Of a DNA stretch of 64,000 bases, positions 61,619 to 64,000 are shown piece after piece. Position 1 is the first letter of the stretch, and every line of letters begins with the position of its first letter. Source of the stretch: Lophium mytilinum (taxonomy: Eukaryota); the NCBI GenBank assembly GCA_010093605.1, contig MU004185.1, positions 1,385,334-1,449,333 of the forward strand. Direction: 5' to 3'. The notes beneath the pieces are model-generated. The model had not been told where the DNA came from. It saw nothing but the letters and a program-made list of their open reading frames with translations, and searched no databases. The position numbers were made by a program, and so were the translations under genes.

Positions 61619-62736
61619 GGGCGGTCCTGATGCTGCTAGCCACTGGAAGAAGATTGGCTTGATCACCCATACTTGGCCTTGATGAAAGTCGGTAAATAGA
61701 ATGGATGAAGATAATGAAGAGAATGTTGGGACATGGATTAGTATGTGCTAGGACCTCCCCATTTCGAAGCCACGAAAACGGGCTTCTTGCCGCATCAAAG
61801 GAAAGAAACTACCAATTTTCAGATAGCTTATGCGGAACGATAATAAGGAACAAGAAAAAAGTCATGATGATGGTAGAAAGGTAATGAGAGGGGAAAGAAA
61901 TAGATACGGGATGAGGTTGTCGTAAAAATTGGCACGTGCACACGCTAGCTTACTATAGTAGACAATTCGCAGCCGAGATCTCCCTTTTCACTATCAGCAT
62001 CTACATTCGCGTTGGACTCATCACAATCTCGATCCTTTGATACACTGACTGATCAGTCATCTGGGACACGGGCACAAAAGGGCATGAGCTTCCAGTCGTC
62101 CTACATAAACGCCGAGCTCGATTAGTTCTAGCCTTCCCGGTCGGATCCCGACACAACGCCCTTAATCAAATGAATGAAACACGCACGCGGTGTTTCCAAA
62201 CGAAGATCACCTCGCATTCGCAACTATCTCACCTTCTCATTCGACCGTCTCTTGCCAAGCGCTATGTCAATCTTCGAACACGAAGGCGGCTGCGAAAACC
62301 ACATCTTTCTCCACTTCATGAGTTTCAAAACTCACCATTCTCGACCTAACCACGCCCACATGCTTTGTCCATATGTTTGTCTGCTCTACTCATCACAAGT
62401 TTAACATGGTCTAGGATGCTACCCCGAGTCGCTACCAATGTAGGACCTAGTGTGACATGAGGCTTGCGCTGACCCTGACCCTTCATCGCTACGAGATAAT
62501 ATGGAAAATGCGCCTACTTAAACATGCCTTCGCTTTCCCCCACTTGCAACTCCATCTAGTAGTGAGAACGTCTTGAAGACATTTCCACTTCATTCATTCA
62601 TTCCTTTTCATCTTCACGTTCATTACATGGCATAGACTGCCAACGCTCTTTTCAAGTCCACTCCCATACCTTCATTACTGTGTCAGCTCAAGACCATTGA
62701 ACGCGCCATACACCGACCAAAAGCTTCATATTCATC

Positions 62737-64000
62737 ATGCATTTCCAAACTCTCCTTCCATTCGTCCTCGCCGGTCTGGCAACCGCTCACACCGTCCCTT
62801 GGGTCAAAGGCATGTACTGCATCAACGGAACGTCCCACGAAGACGCCCCCAACACCAACACGGCGGTCAATCCCCTCTACAACCTCGCAAAAGCCGACTG
62901 GTGGTTCCAACACGATCGTGGCTGCGACGCATATCCCCCAGACGAAGGCGACATCCTCGAATTACCTGCCGGCGGTTCCTTCGAAGTCCAATTCGCCCAC
63001 AACCGTGCGCAGACCACTCTCTCTTACGACGGCCAATTCACATCTATCTGGCCCGATGGCAAAGAGCACCCCGAGGACTGGTCCGGACCAGGTAACCCAC
63101 CAGAGTGTATCACGGACGGGACTGGAGCTCTACACACGAACAATCAGACCATGGCCGCCGGCTCCGCGTTCGCTATCTCTTACAACTCTGAGCTCTCTGA
63201 CGTGACAAGCGAGAACCTTGTAGTCTTCACCGTGGCTGCTCACACGCCATGGAAACGTCTAGCTTCATTTGATGTCCCCGCTGCGCTGCCTGCTTGTCCT
63301 CCTGGTGGCTGCCACTGCGCCTGGCTCTGGATCCCGAACGGTTGCGGACAACCGAACATGTATATGGCCGGCTATCGATGCAACGTCACTGGCGCTACGT
63401 CTACCACACCCGTTGCGAAGGGGCAAACTCCCGTATATTGTCCCGATGACGCGAGCAAGTGCGTCAAGGGCGCGAAGCAGATGGTCGTATGGAACCAGGC
63501 GGAGGGGAACAATGTTGAACTTGGAGCTTGGGAGTACCCAACGTACAGCGAGAAGATGGGATGGAGCAATGGCGCGCAGAACGATATTTTTGAGGAAGGT
63601 GCTACAGCGCCTTCGGTTGCTTCTGGTCACACTTCGGCTGCTTCTACTCTTGCAGCTGCAAGCTCGGCGCTGGCCTCTGCGGCTACCACTGTTTTGTCTT
63701 CTTCTAGTCCCGTTGCGTCTTCTTTGCCCGCTTTTACGGTCAGCTCATCGACAGCTTCGCCATACTACCCAGTCCCAAGCAACAGCACAAGCGCAGCCTT
63801 TGGGACGACTGGCTACGGCACCGGCCACGGCACGGCACCTGCTGCGAGCTCGACAGTGATTTCTGCCGTCGAGGTTGCCAGCTCCGCGATTGCCTCCGTT
63901 TCTTCCGTGTCCATATCCACAGTGATCTCGACTATTACCGCACAGGCGCCTACCATTACGCACAACCACCATCACCATGCTTCGACGAACGCTGCGGAAC
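62737..64000 (+). CDS. AA14-like lytic polysaccharide monooxygenase, 3'-partial
   Basis: Open frame with no stop to the window end (absent from the ORF track). MHFQTLLPFVLAGLATA|HTVPWVKGMYC...NTNTAVNPLY...WWFQHDRGCD...LELPAGG...HNRAQTTLS...LHTNNQ...CPPGGCHCAWLWIP...NMYMAGYRC...CVKGAKQ...GAQNDIF, then a Ser/Ala/Thr linker. Confidence 0.8.
   Translation, partial: MHFQTLLPFVLAGLATAHTVPWVKGMYCINGTSHEDAPNTNTAVNPLYNLAKADWWFQHDRGCDAYPPDEGDILELPAGGSFEVQFAHNRAQTTLSYDGQFTSIWPDGKEHPEDWSGPGNPPECITDGTGALHTNNQTMAAGSAFAISYNSELSDVTSENLVVFTVAAHTPWKRLASFDVPAALPACPPGGCHCAWLWIPNGCGQPNMYMAGYRCNVTGATSTTPVAKGQTPVYCPDDASKCVKGAKQMVVWNQAEGNNVELGAWEYPTYSEKMGWSNGAQNDIFEEGATAPSVASGHTSAASTLAAASSALASAATTVLSSSSPVASSLPAFTVSSSTASPYYPVPSNSTSAAFGTTGYGTGHGTAPAASSTVISAVEVASSAIASVSSVSISTVISTITAQAPTITHNHHHHASTNAAE

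Noticed and set aside
1..64000. tRNA, rRNA or CRISPR arrays
   Set aside because: None recognised by eye; this is eukaryotic DNA with no repeat-spacer pattern. A tRNAscan-SE or Infernal run would be needed to exclude small RNAs.

Overview
Gene-dense, intron-containing genomic DNA from a filamentous ascomycete; RIP-type mutation is evident. Bases 1-51.5 kb hold about 22 mostly housekeeping genes: RAX2, ERO1, a Cdc25/Acr2-type rhodanese, ERG26, TSPO, ARS2/SERRATE, a PX-domain protein, NSA2, MRPL49, CSN4, LCL3, an Atg14/Vps38-family gene, thioredoxin reductase, TRM82, RPP0, a GNAT, a GH105/GH88 hydrolase, an aminoalcohol phosphotransferase and a bilirubin-oxidase-type multicopper oxidase. From about 52.7 kb there is an accessory-like zone: a 4.2 kb RIP-destroyed Mutator (MULE) transposon with intact TIRs, decayed ORFs, an orphan gene, a copia-like gag remnant and an AA14-like LPMO that runs off the end. 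The best observations are not in the ORF track: (1) a pseudogenised, RIP-like mutated and interrupted copy of the splicing factor YJU2/CWC16 at about 11.9-13.2 kb; (2) an AUG-less in-frame 54-codon extension of thioredoxin reductase starting at a CUG that reads like a mitochondrial presequence; (3) the MULE transposase readable through the RIP damage; (4) the AA14-like LPMO with a His tract. Family calls come from recalled motifs, not database searches, and exon boundaries were read by eye. I did not find a clearly new multi-gene system.
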